Of a stretch of 64,000 nucleotides of DNA, positions 55,670 through 64,000 are shown piece after piece; position 1 is the first letter of the stretch; every line of letters begins with the position of its first letter. The notes beneath the pieces were generated by a model. It worked only from the letters and a program-made list of their open reading frames with translations, had not been told where the DNA came from and made no database searches. Origin of the DNA: a virus (Duplodnaviria > Heunggongvirae > Uroviricota > Caudoviricetes); IMG/VR virus record IMGVR_UViG_3300045911_000760; one strand, 5' to 3'. The translations under genes and the position numbers were made by a program.

Positions 55670-56596
55670 TCATGCAACCTCCGCGAGCCGCTCGATGAGC
55701 TTCCGAGCCGGCGGCGGGCACACCGCGTTCCCGAGCCCGACGATCTGCTCGCGTCGCTTCGAGGTAGCTGGCCAGGCGTAGGACTCCGGGAACCCCATGG
55801 CCCTGGCGGTCTCCCGCACCGTCAGCGGCCGGTACCGGTCGCCATCGACAACGACCCACTGGTCCTTCGTGGTGATCGTCCGGATCGGCTCGTGGAGGGG
55901 CACGCCGGGGTGCCCGGTGACGTGCTGGGAGAGGCACCGGGTGCCGTGGTTCCGGACGGCGCGCACCATGCGCTCTTGGGCGTCGGCACTCGCCACCGAC
56001 CGGGGGCGCCAATCGCCGTCTTCCCAGTCGATGCAGGGGCCGAAGGGGCGCTCCACGGCCCGCTCCGTTGCGAGGTCGTGGAACTCGTAGAAGGCGCGGG
56101 CCATGCGCTTGCGTGTCGCGGCGATGAACAGCCGGGTGCGGCGCTGCGGGGCGCCATGGCGGCTCGCCGTCACCAGGAGCTCGGCCAGGTGGTACCCAAG
56201 GGCATAAAGCGCCGCACGCCACTGCGGGTAGAGCCGCCAGCGCGTGAAGCGTGGAACGTTTTCGACCAGGATCCCGCGGGGCTCGGTCGCGTCCGCGCAG
56301 TCGACGACTGCCCAGGCCGTGGCGCGCATGGCGTCGTGGATGGGTCGCCGGTTGGGCTGGGAAGCTGAGGAGTGCCCTTGGCAGGCCGGAGACGCCAGGA
56401 GCAGGTCGTAGGGCGGGAGCGCTGTCCAGTCGGCCTGACGCAAGTCCTGGCAGACGTGCTCGGTGCGCGGGTGGTTCAGCGCATGCGCCTCTACGGCGAG
56501 CGGCCAGTGGTTTGCGGCCCATGCCACTTCGACGCCGGCTTGCTCGGCCGCGCAGGTGAAACCACCCCAACCGCTGAAGAGGTCGACCGCTCTCAC
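55670..56596 (-). CDS. DNA cytosine-5 methyltransferase
   Basis: Motif I DLFSGWGGF, motif IV ASPACQGHS (PCQ), ENVPRF, motif VIII QRRTRLFIAA, motif X GNAVCPP. Confidence 0.85.
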   Translation of the reverse strand: MRAVDLFSGWGGFTCAAEQAGVEVAWAANHWPLAVEAHALNHPRTEHVCQDLRQADWTALPPYDLLLASPACQGHSSASQPNRRPIHDAMRATAWAVVDCADATEPRGILVENVPRFTRWRLYPQWRAALYALGYHLAELLVTASRHGAPQRRTRLFIAATRKRMARAFYEFHDLATERAVERPFGPCIDWEDGDWRPRSVASADAQERMVRAVRNHGTRCLSQHVTGHPGVPLHEPIRTITTKDQWVVVDGDRYRPLTVRETARAMGFPESYAWPATSKRREQIVGLGNAVCPPPARKLIERLAEVA

Positions 56597-56853
56597 CGCT
56601 TCCTCCGCCGCGCCAGCTTGGCGGCCTTGCGGCGCTCGTGGCGGTTCATGGGAGGGAGGATGGCTGGTGCTTGGAGCTTCAGCTTCTGGAACTCATTGAG
56701 CGCCGGGCTGTAGCCAGCCGAGACCTGTCCGAAGCGCAGGCTGATCGCCTCCAACTGGGCGCGAACCTCCTCAACGCTCTTGCCGATCGCGTTCGCAAGT
56801 CGCTCGCAGAATTCCTCGATGCGGCGGTCGGAAGCGAAGGTGACCTCATCCAT
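56593..56853 (-). CDS. small hypothetical protein
   Basis: Internal Met start (MDEVTFASDRRIEEF); basic C-terminal tail. Confidence 0.3.
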   Translation of the reverse strand: MDEVTFASDRRIEEFCERLANAIGKSVEEVRAQLEAISLRFGQVSAGYSPALNEFQKLKLQAPAILPPMNRHERRKAAKLARRRKR

Positions 56854-57178
56854 GGTCGCCTCCGTCTCGCTCGAGCTCCTCGCGGAGCCAAGCTCGTGCC
56901 AGCGCGTAGCCGCGCGCGTTCCGAGGGGCACGCATGGCCAGAGACCACGCTTGGTCCTCCAGGAGTTGGAGCTGGATCCACTCGCCGTCATTGCCGCGGT
57001 ACCGCTCCAGCAGTCGAAGCGATGAACAGATAGCTCTGACGACGCACTCGTCCGGCCTTTTCCACCAGAACAGCCCTTGCGTCGGGAGGCCCTCGCCCGT
57101 CTCCAGAGCGTGAACGCAGCGGTCTATCCACCTCGTCAGCGCGTCAGGCACGGCGGCGCCGGTGGGCACTTCAGGCAT
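56846..57178 (-). CDS. hypothetical protein
   Basis: 110-aa ORF overlapping its neighbours by a few nt. Confidence 0.3.
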   Translation of the reverse strand: MPEVPTGAAVPDALTRWIDRCVHALETGEGLPTQGLFWWKRPDECVVRAICSSLRLLERYRGNDGEWIQLQLLEDQAWSLAMRAPRNARGYALARAWLREELERDGGDHG

Positions 57179-57560
57179 GGGCTACACCTCCCCGGAGCTC
57201 GGCTAGACGCGCCATGAGCGAGTCAAAGAGCGCGTTCTGCTGTCGACGCGTGAGCGCCACCGAGTCCCCACCGCGAGACGGCGTGACCCACACGACTCGG
57301 CCTGGGTCCCCGGAGAACACGAGCCCGCCGGCACCCGCCGTGTAGCCGACTCCGCGCTCCCGAGCGTCGCGCAACGCATCCAGCACGGAGGCGACCTGGC
57401 GAGGCCCGAGAGCCACCTCCTGCCTGCCGCAGAAGAACTTCGTCCAGCGCCCGTCGCTCTCCACACGAACGGCGCGCCTCTCCTTGAGGTAGGGGGCGAT
57501 CGAAATGACACGTCCAGCCATGAATTGGGGGCCTCGGGTGGGGGAGGTGAATGCTGCCAT
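57171..57560 (-). CDS. hypothetical protein
   Basis: 129-aa ORF. Confidence 0.35.
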   Translation of the reverse strand: MAAFTSPTRGPQFMAGRVISIAPYLKERRAVRVESDGRWTKFFCGRQEVALGPRQVASVLDALRDARERGVGYTAGAGGLVFSGDPGRVVWVTPSRGGDSVALTRRQQNALFDSLMARLAELRGGVAHA

Positions 57561-57569
57561 ATGGCAGCA

Positions 57570-58835
57570 CTACACAACAAGGCAATTCGAACGTGTGAGG
57601 CGCACGAGCACGGTCTCCACCATCGTCCCAGCATGGGCAAAGCTCCCCTTGGGATTCTTGGTGATCGTTCCGTCGTGCTGCTCGACGAGCGCGCGGAACT
57701 CGCGACCCATCTTGTCGTCTCGGTAGAGCACTCCCGCGCTCGCGATCGCAGCGAGCCGCCCGCCTGGGCGGAGGAAGCGCAGGGCGTGGGTGATGTGGAG
57801 GATGTCCTGGCGCTTCGAGAACGGCGGGTTCATGGCCACGCCATCGAACGGTGGCAGGAGATCGTGGGGAGCCTGGAGGAAGTCCCACTGCTGCCAGAGC
57901 TTGAACCCAGCGTCGAACAGGGCGTCGCGGTTCTCCCGGAACGCCTCCACGCAGGTCACGTCCACGTCCGGGCACACGCGGAGCAGCGCCCGCACGAGCG
58001 CTCCTTTCCCGGCGGACGGCTCCAGGAAGCGCTCGCCCGGCTTCGGGTCGAGCCACCTGGCAAGCTCGTCGGCGAGCTCCGAGCCCGTCTCGAAGAACTC
58101 CGCGGCACGCGCGTCGAGGATCTCCCCCGTCTCGAGCGCGAGCCTCACGAGCTCTTGGGCGTCCGCGTCGTCGGGGAAGGCGAACCCGCCCGGGCGCTTC
58201 TTCGTCTTGCGCTGCCAGGAGCCCCCGAGGGCCTGCATGATGGCCTTCAGGAGAGCCCAGTCCTCGATGAACTCCTCCGGGACGTAGACGGCGAAGTTGC
58301 TCTCGACGCGCAGGTTCCGCAGGAGTTCGCGCTCGCGGTCGGAGAGGCGGCGCTTGCCGATGTCCTCGGGAGACTCGACCTTTGCCTTCGTCACGCGGGC
58401 GCTCGCAGCCTTCGGCCGCCCCTGGCGGAGCTCTTCCTTGCGAGCAGCCTCTTCGGCGCGTTGCGCGGCCAGCTTCTCGTCGAGCTCGTCCAACGTGCAC
58501 CCCAGGAGCTTCGCGTGCATGGTCCGAAGTTTCAGGAGGTCCCGATCTGCGCCGAGGTTCATCTCCTCCAGCGCGTCGAACAGCCAGTCGCCCAGATCCC
58601 CATCGCGCACAGGGAGTACCAGGCAGCGCTCCGCATCCGTGCCGGGGTAGGCGGCGCAGAAGAGTTCCTCTGCCGCCCCTGCGTCCGCAGCCGGTACCGG
58701 TAGCGGGCCCGGGGTGTCGAGCTTCCCGGGCGCGGCGTAGTAGACCTGCCGGACACCAGGGACTTCGGCGCGCGGAGCGTAGACCTGCGGGTCTGCAGCG
58801 GGGCCACCACCGAAGAGGTCGAGCTGGTCACCCAC
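57570..58835 (-). CDS. N6-adenine DNA methyltransferase with an about 200-aa N-terminal extension
   Basis: C-terminal motif I FLEPSAGKGALV and motif IV VAMNPPF. N-terminal domain of unknown function. Confidence 0.7.
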   Translation of the reverse strand: MGDQLDLFGGGPAADPQVYAPRAEVPGVRQVYYAAPGKLDTPGPLPVPAADAGAAEELFCAAYPGTDAERCLVLPVRDGDLGDWLFDALEEMNLGADRDLLKLRTMHAKLLGCTLDELDEKLAAQRAEEAARKEELRQGRPKAASARVTKAKVESPEDIGKRRLSDRERELLRNLRVESNFAVYVPEEFIEDWALLKAIMQALGGSWQRKTKKRPGGFAFPDDADAQELVRLALETGEILDARAAEFFETGSELADELARWLDPKPGERFLEPSAGKGALVRALLRVCPDVDVTCVEAFRENRDALFDAGFKLWQQWDFLQAPHDLLPPFDGVAMNPPFSKRQDILHITHALRFLRPGGRLAAIASAGVLYRDDKMGREFRALVEQHDGTITKNPKGSFAHAGTMVETVLVRLTRSNCLVV

Positions 58836-59211
58836 GGGGCTCCTCCTTCACGTCGATGCCAGCGGCGCGAACCCGCTCCTCCAGCCAAGCGCGGGCGGAG
58901 GGGAGGTCGGGGAACAGTGGCGACCTCTCATCGCGCAGGCAGTCGTGCGCTTGGAACCCGGCGTAGTCGCCAGCGATCCACCCGAGCTGAAGGGCCCCAA
59001 CGCGCAGGTCGTCACACCGGCCCCAGTTCCTTTTTTGCCACTCCGCCACCGGTCGCGGGCGCATGAGGGCGTTCCAGGCGGCGATGGCCTCCGCGAGCGT
59101 CAGGCGCTCCACAAGGATACCGCAGAGACACCCGACCGCCTGGTGCCCTGCCGTGTGGAGCCCGTATCGGATCGGCCCCGCCCCACACTGGCACTTGACA
59201 AGCTCAGACAC
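58828..59211 (-). CDS. hypothetical Cys-rich protein
   Basis: 127 aa; CQCG...CLCG cluster. Confidence 0.35.
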   Translation of the reverse strand: MSELVKCQCGAGPIRYGLHTAGHQAVGCLCGILVERLTLAEAIAAWNALMRPRPVAEWQKRNWGRCDDLRVGALQLGWIAGDYAGFQAHDCLRDERSPLFPDLPSARAWLEERVRAAGIDVKEEPRG

Positions 59212-59851
59212 GCGGCACGTCCCTCCACACCCGAATGAGGTTTTGCGGCGAGAGCACCGCCGGATCGCGGTACTCCACGTCCGGGGGGCTCGGCATGGTG
59301 AGGTGCACGCAGCAGGGCATGGCCACGATCGCGACCCGGTCGGCCACGATTCCGCGCAGCGACTCCTCGAGCCGAGCGTGGGAGTGGACCGCGACCACGA
59401 CGACCTGCCGCGCGTTGAAGCGCGCCTTGTCCGCCCTGCGCTGGTAGAGCTCCAGGCGATCCACCATCGCGTAGATGGGGCGCTGACGAAGCCGCGGGTC
59501 GATGCTGTAGCACTGCCACTGGGTGCGGAGTGCGAAGGTTGCCGCGGTGCGCGGAGTCCCTCCGTCGCCGGGGAAGATGGCTACCGTTCCGCGATCGTTC
59601 AGGTCCCAGCCGTGCGGGACCAGGTGGTTCAGCACAGCGTGGTACGCGCCGAAGCTCTCGGTGAGTTCCTTCACGTTGGGAAACACCTGCAGCGCAAGGA
59701 GCATCGGCCCGCACTTCAGGCGCAGGAGCTCGTTGACGTAGCGCCGTTGCGGGGCGCCGCGCCCGCGGCTGAGGGGGTACTCAGCCGCAGCAGACGTTTC
59801 GAGGTTCGCGTTCAAGCACCTCTCCCCATCGCCGCGAGGACGCGTCTCCAC
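59204..59851 (-). CDS. putative Rossmann-fold methyltransferase
   Basis: GTVAIFPGDGGTPRTA glycine-rich segment and overall MTase-like layout; weak. Confidence 0.3.
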   Translation of the reverse strand: METRPRGDGERCLNANLETSAAAEYPLSRGRGAPQRRYVNELLRLKCGPMLLALQVFPNVKELTESFGAYHAVLNHLVPHGWDLNDRGTVAIFPGDGGTPRTAATFALRTQWQCYSIDPRLRQRPIYAMVDRLELYQRRADKARFNARQVVVVAVHSHARLEESLRGIVADRVAIVAMPCCVHLTMPSPPDVEYRDPAVLSPQNLIRVWRDVPRV

Positions 59852-60474
59852 GTCTGGACCCGCTCACCGGCGCCCTTCCACGAGCACATCTTGCCGCCAG
59901 TGGCGTAGCCGGAGATTGCCGCGCGCACGCCCGCGTCGGTTGTGAGGTCAGGGCGCTTACACCTCTTCGCCTGGTAGCGGAGGTGGGCGAGGGCCTTGGC
60001 GGCAGCCCAGGCCATGTCCTCGGTCCGCGTCGTTCCGTGGAGCTGCCACGGGGAGAACGCTCGGCCCGAATCGCACCATCCCTTGTGGCCTTCGGAGCAG
60101 CGGGGTAGGTCCAAGTGAACGAAGGCCGCCCACTGCGACTCGTGCGAGCCTTGGGTGTACAGCAGGGCGCGCTCGTGGAGGTGCGGAGTTGCCGCGTCGA
60201 TGGCTTCGGCAAGCTCCTCCATGCGCGCTGCGCGCACCGCATCGTCTTCGTCGAGGTCCGACACCTCACGCGGTGCCTGCTGGAGCAGGCGCAGAGTGAC
60301 ACTCGAGCCCGAGGCTCGGGCGATGCCGATTACCCCGAGGGCAGCGACGGCTTGGGCAAACACAAGAACTGCAACAGCTGCCCAGCAGCGAGGTGAGAGC
60401 ATCCCGTTCCTTTCGTAGTAGTCGTCGAGTTCCGAGCCCGACGGCTCGGAGGTGAGTCGGTCGAGGTCAGCCAC
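59812..60474 (-). CDS. membrane-anchored protein with a possible lytic transglycosylase-like domain
   Basis: TM helix AAVAVLVFAQAVAALGVIGIA. Periplasmic domain with ES motif (TQGSHESQWAAF) and AISGYATGG; weak. Confidence 0.3.
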   Translation of the reverse strand: MADLDRLTSEPSGSELDDYYERNGMLSPRCWAAVAVLVFAQAVAALGVIGIARASGSSVTLRLLQQAPREVSDLDEDDAVRAARMEELAEAIDAATPHLHERALLYTQGSHESQWAAFVHLDLPRCSEGHKGWCDSGRAFSPWQLHGTTRTEDMAWAAAKALAHLRYQAKRCKRPDLTTDAGVRAAISGYATGGKMCSWKGAGERVQTWRRVLAAMGRGA

Positions 60475-60741
60475 GGGCGCCCCCGTTGTGCTGACGCAGC
60501 CCCAGCCCCTTGCAGACGGCGAGGAAGAGCTCGTTTGCGCGGGTCTCTGTTCGCCGCTCCGGGTCCTCGGAGTGCCAGCGGCGCGCGAGATCGCTCCAGA
60601 GCTTCCGGTCCCGCCAGCGATCGAGCTCGTTGTCCTCGGCGCGGCTCATGAGCACGTAGAGCGCCTTGAGCGAGACGAGCGAACCGCCGCACTTGGACGC
60701 GAGCTCGGCGCGCGGGCTCGACGCGGGAAAGGCCTCGTGGG

Positions 60742-61290
60742 TCACGCGCGGTCTCCTCGCGAGCGGGCGGAGCGGCGGACGTGTGCCGGAAGTCGCCCGT
60801 CGGGGCCGCACGTGTAGTGCACGTCGCAACGCGGCTCGCCGGCAACGAGGACCGGTTTCGCCTTCCGTCCGCAATACGAGCAGGTGGACACGTCCATGTC
60901 GGGCGGGGGCGGCGGGAGCTTCGCGCGGCGAGGCCCAGCCGCTACGGACGTGCCGGTGGTCTCGAGACGGAGCTCGGTCGTGCAAGTCGGCCGTTCCAGG
61001 GCCACCGACCTGCCGGCGAATGGATTCAGCACCTCGCTCTTGCCGCGCTGTAGGCGCTTGCGAAGCCAACTCTCTGCGCGGTCGGAGAGGCAGACCACCG
61101 CGATGTCCTCGCCTCGGAGCTCGACCTGGAAGTGGTTCCGCGCGCCACTGCCGGTGCCCACGAAGTCCTCCTCGACAGCATCCGCGAGGCGCCTTGCCGC
61201 CTCGAAGCGGTCAAGCCCGGCGCTCGCAAGGCGCTTCGCGTAGGCGCGAAACGTCTCGTGGTTCCGCCGAAGCGTCGAACGGTCAGCCAC
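60742..61290 (-). CDS. hypothetical protein with a C-terminal zinc-ribbon-like motif
   Basis: 182 aa; CSYCGRK...CDVHYTC. Confidence 0.35.
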   Translation of the reverse strand: MADRSTLRRNHETFRAYAKRLASAGLDRFEAARRLADAVEEDFVGTGSGARNHFQVELRGEDIAVVCLSDRAESWLRKRLQRGKSEVLNPFAGRSVALERPTCTTELRLETTGTSVAAGPRRAKLPPPPPDMDVSTCSYCGRKAKPVLVAGEPRCDVHYTCGPDGRLPAHVRRSARSRGDRA

Positions 61291-61552
61291 GCGGCACCCC
61301 CATCGCGTCGAGGCCGGCGGCTAGGCGGGTGAGTTCGCGTTCGATTGCGCGGAGACAAGGGGCACGACGGGCCCTCGAGACGGTGAAGAACTTCTCGCCG
61401 TCGAAGTACCCGTATCCGTACCAGCGACCATCTTCAGGCTCGAGCTCGACCTCGACGACGCCATGACGCCAGTGCCAATGCCCCTCACGGAACCTGACAT
61501 CCGGACCGAGTAGCCTTCCCGCCTTCCCAAACAACAACGGCGCGTCAGCCAC
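61283..61552 (-). CDS. hypothetical protein (90 aa)
   Basis: GTG start 5 nt downstream of GGAGG on the minus strand, overlapping the upstream stop. Confidence 0.4.
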   Translation of the reverse strand: MADAPLLFGKAGRLLGPDVRFREGHWHWRHGVVEVELEPEDGRWYGYGYFDGEKFFTVSRARRAPCLRAIERELTRLAAGLDAMGVPRG

Positions 61553-61805
61553 GGTCGCCTCCAGCTCTGACGATCTCCTCGTCCTCGCACGGCTCGAAGT
61601 CGCTGATGAGCTTCTGAGCCCGCTGGGCCGTCTGAGCGATCTGGCCAAGCTCGTGGCGAACCTGCGCAAGTGAGCGAGTCAGGACAGCGTCCTCGTTGCT
61701 GCGTAGCTCCTCGGCAATGTCGTGGATGGTGTTGAGCTTCTCGTAGAGCAAGCTCATGAGCTCGTACCGGTGGAGCTGGGTTCCGGTTGTGCCAATGGTC
61801 TTCAT
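61545..61805 (-). CDS. hypothetical protein (86 aa)
   Basis: Non-biased composition, ATG start. Confidence 0.4.
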   Translation of the reverse strand: MKTIGTTGTQLHRYELMSLLYEKLNTIHDIAEELRSNEDAVLTRSLAQVRHELGQIAQTAQRAQKLISDFEPCEDEEIVRAGGDRG

Positions 61806-61989
61806 CGATCACCTCCGCCTGCAGCGACCGCGAGGCTAGCTCTCCGCTCTTCCGCCGTGCGAATCCACTTCGTCCGGACGAGTCCGCGGCCCTCGAGCTC
61901 AAGCAGGTCGACGTTCGAGACGCCCGCCGGGTAGGGCCCCGGGTTCTCGACGATCATGCGCAGAGCGCGACGTTGTTCGTCCGTCCAGC

Positions 61990-62409
61990 TCACTGGAGCC
62001 CTCGCTCGTTGGCGTGAGCCTCGCGCCAGGCGCGACGCTGTTCCTCGGTCATCACCTCGAAGCGCCGGAAGGTGGCCCAACGGCGTCCCTGCTGGGCCGC
62101 AATTCCGAGGTACATCAGACAGCCGAGACCGCATACGACGACCATGGCCAGTCGCTCATCGAGAACTGCGACGTAGGCCGATTGGGCGAAGTGGTTCGCC
62201 GCAAACAGCGCCAGGATGGCGGCCAAGCCCATGGAGTTGGCCGCGGCCCGGGTGACAGCTTCCTCGGTGCGGAAGTGGGCGTAGCAGAGCCGCTCCTTCG
62301 AAAGCCGCGGAAGGAATCGACGCCAGACGCGCTTCACATCGCCCCCGCTTTGGTGGCCCACGATTCGTCTCTGACGCTGCGGTAGTGGTACTGCCCCGCC
62401 GCGTCGCAC
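61990..62409 (-). CDS. small membrane protein (two TM helices)
   Basis: MGLAAILALFAANHFAQSAYVAV and AMVVVCGLGCLMYLGIAA; start uncertain. Confidence 0.3.
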   Translation of the reverse strand: MRRGGAVPLPQRQRRIVGHQSGGDVKRVWRRFLPRLSKERLCYAHFRTEEAVTRAAANSMGLAAILALFAANHFAQSAYVAVLDERLAMVVVCGLGCLMYLGIAAQQGRRWATFRRFEVMTEEQRRAWREAHANERGLQ

Positions 62410-62993
62410 GTGACCCGCGCCTTGACGTGCAACGTCGTTGCGCAGGGGAAGCAGTCCCTCTCCTCGAAGCTATTGTCGCGGCAGGCGAACGCGCCGGCAG
62501 AGGTGTCGACAACGCGCCAGGGGTTCGTGTCCGCGCACCCCGTCACCGCCAGAAGCGCGGTGCACACCCCCAGCGCCCGCAGCAGGAGCCACAGTCCCCC
62601 CATCGCGAGGGGGATGCCGAGGTGGACGAGGTAGGCGCCGATCTCGCCACGGGCGGGCAGCTGGCCCCACTCCATTGGAGGTTCGCTCGCCGACACCGCA
62701 GGCGGCCCCGGGTCGAGGGGTCCCGCCTCGAGGTCGTAGCCCAGCGCTCGCAGGTCCTCGTCAGCGAGGCGCTGCGCACCCCCGTCCCACGCGCTCGCCT
62801 CCCAGCTGATGTCCAGCTCCGAACCGGGCCCGGTCCAGTAGCCGTAGTCGCCGTCTTCCGTGAGGTAGACGCAGGCAACGACGTCGCCGTGCTCGTCGAC
62901 CCTGATGAGGTGTCCGTGGGGCGAGCGCCTCCATGCGAGTGCACGCTTGCGCTCAGCCACCGCGCGCCTCCGGATCTGTCCAGGTATCGGCAT
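62334..62993 (-). CDS. hypothetical protein whose C-terminal 88 aa form a candidate Cys-rich lipoprotein
   Basis: Internal MGGLWLLLRALGVCTALLAVTGC has signal peptide plus lipobox (LAVTG|C) features. It is followed by 6 Cys in 60 aa (CRDNSFEERDCFPCATTLHVKARVTCDAAGQYHY). Confidence 0.35.
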   Translation of the reverse strand: MPIPGQIRRRAVAERKRALAWRRSPHGHLIRVDEHGDVVACVYLTEDGDYGYWTGPGSELDISWEASAWDGGAQRLADEDLRALGYDLEAGPLDPGPPAVSASEPPMEWGQLPARGEIGAYLVHLGIPLAMGGLWLLLRALGVCTALLAVTGCADTNPWRVVDTSAGAFACRDNSFEERDCFPCATTLHVKARVTCDAAGQYHYRSVRDESWATKAGAM

Positions 62994-63213
62994 CGGCGAT
63001 GTCGGGCCGCGACGTCACCTTGCCGAGCAAGGCGTGAAGCATCGTGTTCTGCCGGGCGAGGCGCTGGGCCTCGGCGCGGAGCCGAAGGTATCGGCCCTCC
63101 CATTCGAGCTTCGCCTTCGCGCGCGCCTCTCGCTCCCCGAGGGCAGCTCCGATGACGAGCCCGACGAGGAACGCCGCGAAGCCGATTGACGCGAATTTGA
63201 CCCACTCAGGCAC
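62953..63213 (-). CDS. small membrane protein with coiled coil (about 86 aa)
   Basis: GTG start overlapping the antirepressor stop. TM FASIGFAAFLVGLVIGAALG, then a helical heptad region. Confidence 0.35.
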   Translation of the reverse strand: MPEWVKFASIGFAAFLVGLVIGAALGEREARAKAKLEWEGRYLRLRAEAQRLARQNTMLHALLGKVTSRPDIADADTWTDPEARGG

Positions 63214-64000
63214 GGGGTCCCTCCGGGGTGCGGGGAGGCAGCTGGGCGAGTGGCACCAGGATTGGCAGCTGAAGAGACTTCTTCCCGAAGGCGAGCTCCA
63301 TCTGGGACTTCCAGTGCTCGTAGCTCGATGCGACCCGCGCGAAGTCGGTTCCCGTCTGGACGACTCGCTTAACGGCGTCCGCGGCAACCTCGGAGAGCAT
63401 CGAGTGGTCCACCCGGGACCCCGAGGGCTTTGGGTTCCGCCTACGCCGAGCAACCTGCTGCCCTTCGACGTGGATCGCCCACTCGTAGACCATGCTCGCG
63501 AGCCTGCGCGCCCAGGGCGGGTTGCCGACCGAGCGGTCCCGGCGGAGCCGCACGAGCGCGGCGATCAGGTCCCGGAAGATGGGGGCTGACTTGCTTGGGA
63601 GGTTGGGGAAGCACTCGGCAAGGAGGCGCTCCGTTTGCTTCTCCTGTTCGACCCGGACGGCGTCGTAGAAGCCGTGCCGACGGATCGCGGGGAGGACCTC
63701 GGAGGTGACCCACTTCCGGAATGCTTTCGCCTCGGGCTTACGACTCCCAAGGATGAGAGCGAAAAGCCCCGACTCCGTGACGAAGGTCGTCTTGTAGAGG
63801 CGGGTTTGAATGCCTGTATGGCTATTTTTGGCTGGAACAGAGACGGCGTGGAGCTCGTCGCCGTCCAGACGCTCGCAGGCGTTGGAGACATCGGCGATCC
63901 CCAGCACGGCGCACACGTCCGCCGCGCAGAACAGCGGCGCGTCATGGGTACCGGCGGTGCGGACCCGCCGCCCCTGGAAATCGAAGGCTTGAAGCTTCAT
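63206..64000 (-). CDS. antirepressor, BRO-N domain plus KilAC-like C-terminal domain
   Basis: N-terminus MKLQAFDFQGRRVRTAGTHDAPLFCAADVCAVLGI matches BRO-N. C-terminal domain typical of phage antirepressors. The start codon is at the window edge. Confidence 0.65.
   Translation of the reverse strand: MKLQAFDFQGRRVRTAGTHDAPLFCAADVCAVLGIADVSNACERLDGDELHAVSVPAKNSHTGIQTRLYKTTFVTESGLFALILGSRKPEAKAFRKWVTSEVLPAIRRHGFYDAVRVEQEKQTERLLAECFPNLPSKSAPIFRDLIAALVRLRRDRSVGNPPWARRLASMVYEWAIHVEGQQVARRRRNPKPSGSRVDHSMLSEVAADAVKRVVQTGTDFARVASSYEHWKSQMELAFGKKSLQLPILVPLAQLPPRTPEGPRA

Noticed and set aside
60467-61069. Overlapping alternative-frame ORFs such as 60467..61069, 62543..63205, 39668..40096, 44614..45072, 47751..48038 and 25826..26041.
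   Set aside because: Extreme Arg/Pro/Ala bias, no motifs, and overlap with better-supported genes in another frame.
1-64000. Integrase, repressor, transposase or attachment-site pair delimiting the prophage.
   Set aside because: None recognisable inside the window. These probably lie beyond coordinate 64000, as the early region reads leftward from there, or beyond the left end.

Overview
This 64-kb window is about 68-70% GC and reads as one contiguous temperate-phage (prophage) genome segment; nearly all genes are on the minus strand. Reading right to left, the order is as follows.

- **Early/accessory region (64000 to ~41200).**
  - A BRO-N antirepressor sits at the right edge. A block of small early genes follows.
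  - A DNA-modification island carries four DNA methyltransferases (Dam-like D12, Dcm C5, a 421-aa N6 MTase and a small NPPY MTase), a possible fifth SAM MTase, a MazG-like protein and a plus-strand HNH endonuclease insertion.
  - The replication module comprises an SNF2 helicase, a VRR-NUC-like nuclease, a replisome-organiser-like initiator and a DnaC/IstB-like loader.
  - Downstream lie an SPFH/band-7 protein, a RuvC-like resolvase and a sigma-70 region-4-like regulator.
- **Two unusual non-coding regions.** One (42800-43230) holds a 4x repeated 17-mer plus a tRNA-like T-arm/acceptor minihelix. The other (40627-41170) is densely palindromic.
- **Late operon, head genes.** A lambda-like head module: terminase small subunit, GpA-family large terminase, gpW-like protein, lambda-type portal, S49 protease/scaffold, gpD-like decoration protein and gpE-family major capsid protein.
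- **Late operon, tail genes.** A Mu/P2-like contractile tail:
  - sheath, tube, a tail chaperone with a -1 frameshift, and a TP901-type tape measure;
  - DNA-circulation protein, Mu P-like protein, spike/V, gp46-like protein and baseplate J;
  - a DUF2313 protein and fibres including a LamG-repeat protein.
  - Two moron cassettes are inserted here: glycosyltransferase/glycosyltransferase/methyltransferase between tube and chaperone; a plus-strand bPH_2 protein plus a metzincin lipoprotein between baseplate and fibre genes.
- **Lysis and left end.** An amidase endolysin with spanin-like membrane proteins, then a 1313-aa fibre/receptor-binding protein.

No integrase, repressor or complete tRNA is visible inside the window. 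The host is probably a high-GC Gram-negative (lipoboxes and spanin-like proteins are present). All of this is inferred from sequence and motif recognition only.
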